DNA of 32,000 nucleotides from Planctopirus limnophila DSM 3776 (GTDB taxonomy: Bacteria > Planctomycetota > Planctomycetia > Planctomycetales > Planctomycetaceae), in assembly GCF_000092105.1 (NCBI RefSeq), contig NC_014148.1, positions 2,730,001 to 2,762,000 on the forward strand, written 5' to 3'. The notes under the pieces were generated by a model. That model was not told the origin of the DNA and did no database searches. It saw only the letters and a list, made by a program, of their open reading frames with translations. The position numbers were made by a program, and so were the translations under genes. Below, piece after piece: positions 31,197 to 32,000 of the stretch (positions are counted from its first letter, which is position 1; each line of letters starts with the position of its first letter).

Positions 31197-32000
31197 TCAA
31201 TTTGAGCGACTAAGTTCCCAGGCCTCCAGAGCGATTCCACGCTCGAACGTGATGTCTCCAGCCGCCCGACGCTTCCATGCATCGGGACGGATGAAGCGGA
31301 GCCTGTCCGCCAGGGGATTGGCTCCGATCCTTTGGAGCAGCTCCTGCAGGGTCTGGCACTCATCCATTTCTGAGCCAAACTGCAATTCGAGCTGACGCCA
31401 TTTCTCATCCAGTGCGCGATTGCTGGCCTCTCGCTGGCGGCGTTCCTCGTCAAGGTTCACCCGCGTTCTGGTCTCTACGCTGGCCACTGGCTGCCGGTCT
31501 GGCGTGGGCCAGAGTCCGGCGGGGTCTTGCCCAGGTCGCAGGTTGATCAGCCGTCGCCGAATCTTTCCCGCGTTCCAGGCCTTGAGCTGGCTGGCGTGCC
31601 TGAGCACACCCAGCACCAACTCCACCGAGACGCCATGCTCACGGAATGAGGCGAAAGGCGTCTTGGTTTCCTGTATTCCCAATCTGAACATTTCCCCCTC
31701 CACCTCCGCCCAAACGTCTTTGGGGTGGGTGATGGGTGGGGATTGGGTTGGGTATATAGGTTGGTTCTCTTGTGGTTCTCTTGTGGTCTTCGAGCGGTCT
31801 TCGAGTGGTTCGCTTGTGGTTCTTTTTTCGTCCGAAAAAGAACCACTGAAAACCGGCTCGGGACTCGCCCAGGCCGGAAGTACCACTCGATACCAGTCAC
31901 CCTCTCGATTTCCTCCGCCTTCGATGCGTTCCAGCCAGCCCGCTTTCCGCAGCACCTCAATGGCGTTGCGAACTGGCGTTCTGTTCTTGGGGCTGTAGCC
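31197..32000 (-). CDS. Replication-initiator-like winged-helix DNA-binding protein; the 5' end is probably beyond the right window edge
   Basis: The frame stays open from 31955 to base 32000 (GYSPKNRTPVRNAIEVLRKAGWLERIEGGGNREGDWY, winged-helix-like). This is followed by a hydrophilic linker that carries the repeat array, then a helical C-terminal domain. Confidence 0.55.
   Translation of the reverse strand, partial: GYSPKNRTPVRNAIEVLRKAGWLERIEGGGNREGDWYRVVLPAWASPEPVFSGSFSDEKRTTSEPLEDRSKTTREPQENQPIYPTQSPPITHPKDVWAEVEGEMFRLGIQETKTPFASFREHGVSVELVLGVLRHASQLKAWNAGKIRRRLINLRPGQDPAGLWPTPDRQPVASVETRTRVNLDEERRQREASNRALDEKWRQLELQFGSEMDECQTLQELLQRIGANPLADRLRFIRPDAWKRRAAGDITFERGIALEAWELSRSN
31722..31752 (+). 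other. G-quadruplex-forming motif (six G3-4 runs, loops of 1-4 nt)
   Basis: Read directly: GGGG T GGG TGAT GGG T GGGG ATT GGG TT GGG on the plus strand. Confidence 0.5.
31763..31846. repeat. Iteron-like array of six contiguous 11-bp units plus a 12-bp perfect inverted repeat; candidate origin of replication
   Basis: The six units start at 31763: GGTTCTCTTGT x2, GGTCTTCGAGC, GGTCTTCGAGT, GGTTCGCTTGT, GGTTCTTTTTT. The inverted repeat is GTGGTTCTTTTT (31816..31827) / AAAAAGAACCAC (31835..31846) with a 7-nt spacer. Confidence 0.55.

Larger units (their letters stand above)
5260..32000 (-). mobile_element. Phage-derived region (prophage or phage genome segment) with lambda-like siphovirus late-gene order, carrying an AT-rich insertion at 27960..31196
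   Basis: It holds a contiguous co-directional set of terminase, gpW-like, portal, protease/scaffold, capsid, tube, chaperone, tape measure and fibre genes, with coupled or overlapping stops and starts. No integrase or att site is visible, so the borders are not defined. Confidence 0.7.

Noticed and set aside
1-32000. CRISPR arrays, rRNA genes, IS elements or transposases, integrase
   Set aside because: I saw no spaced identical repeats, no transposase, recombinase or integrase-like ORF, and no long terminal inverted repeats. Prophage borders therefore cannot be assigned from this window.

Overview
Every gene I can support in this 32-kb window is on the minus strand. The window is a compositional mosaic, judged from hand counts on sampled 60-nt lines.

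(1) Bases 1 to about 5340 are AT-rich (about 40-45% GC) and look like a defence-type cargo island. It holds a TIR-domain gene that runs off the left edge and is not in the ORF track, a small Cys-containing ORF, and an overlapping AAA+ ATPase / S8 subtilase pair that resembles IetAS. A phased repeat array overlaps a sigma70-like promoter upstream of the ATPase.

(2) About 5340-27960 is GC-rich (about 58-62%) and is a tightly packed lambda-like siphovirus late operon. In transcription order it reads: HKD nuclease, small terminase candidate, large terminase, zinc ribbon, gpW-like, portal, protease/scaffold, major capsid and three small proteins. A trio of membrane or secreted proteins including a papain-like peptidase follows. 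Then come neck proteins, tail tube, G/T-like chaperones, a 990-aa tape measure, a 632-aa tail-tip protein, a Thr-Gly-repeat Cys-rich fibre and a fused GT2-like + GT31 glycosyltransferase.

(3) 27960-31196 is an AT-rich single-gene insertion encoding a 986-aa protein. It has a GH123/DUF4091-like N-terminus and a HEAT-like C-terminus.

(4) 31197-32000 is GC-rich again. It encodes a winged-helix replication-initiator-like gene, truncated by the window, that contains an 11-bp phased iteron-like array, a 12-bp inverted repeat and a G-quadruplex motif.

I found no rRNA, tRNA, CRISPR array, integrase or att site. All family assignments come from motifs read by eye and need HMM or structure confirmation. 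The candidates I consider most worth follow-up are:
- the co-directional ATPase / S8 / small ORF / TIR block
- the membrane trio inside the structural operon
- the glycosyltransferase plus Thr-Gly fibre pair
- the AT-rich 986-aa moron
- the intragenic origin-like array
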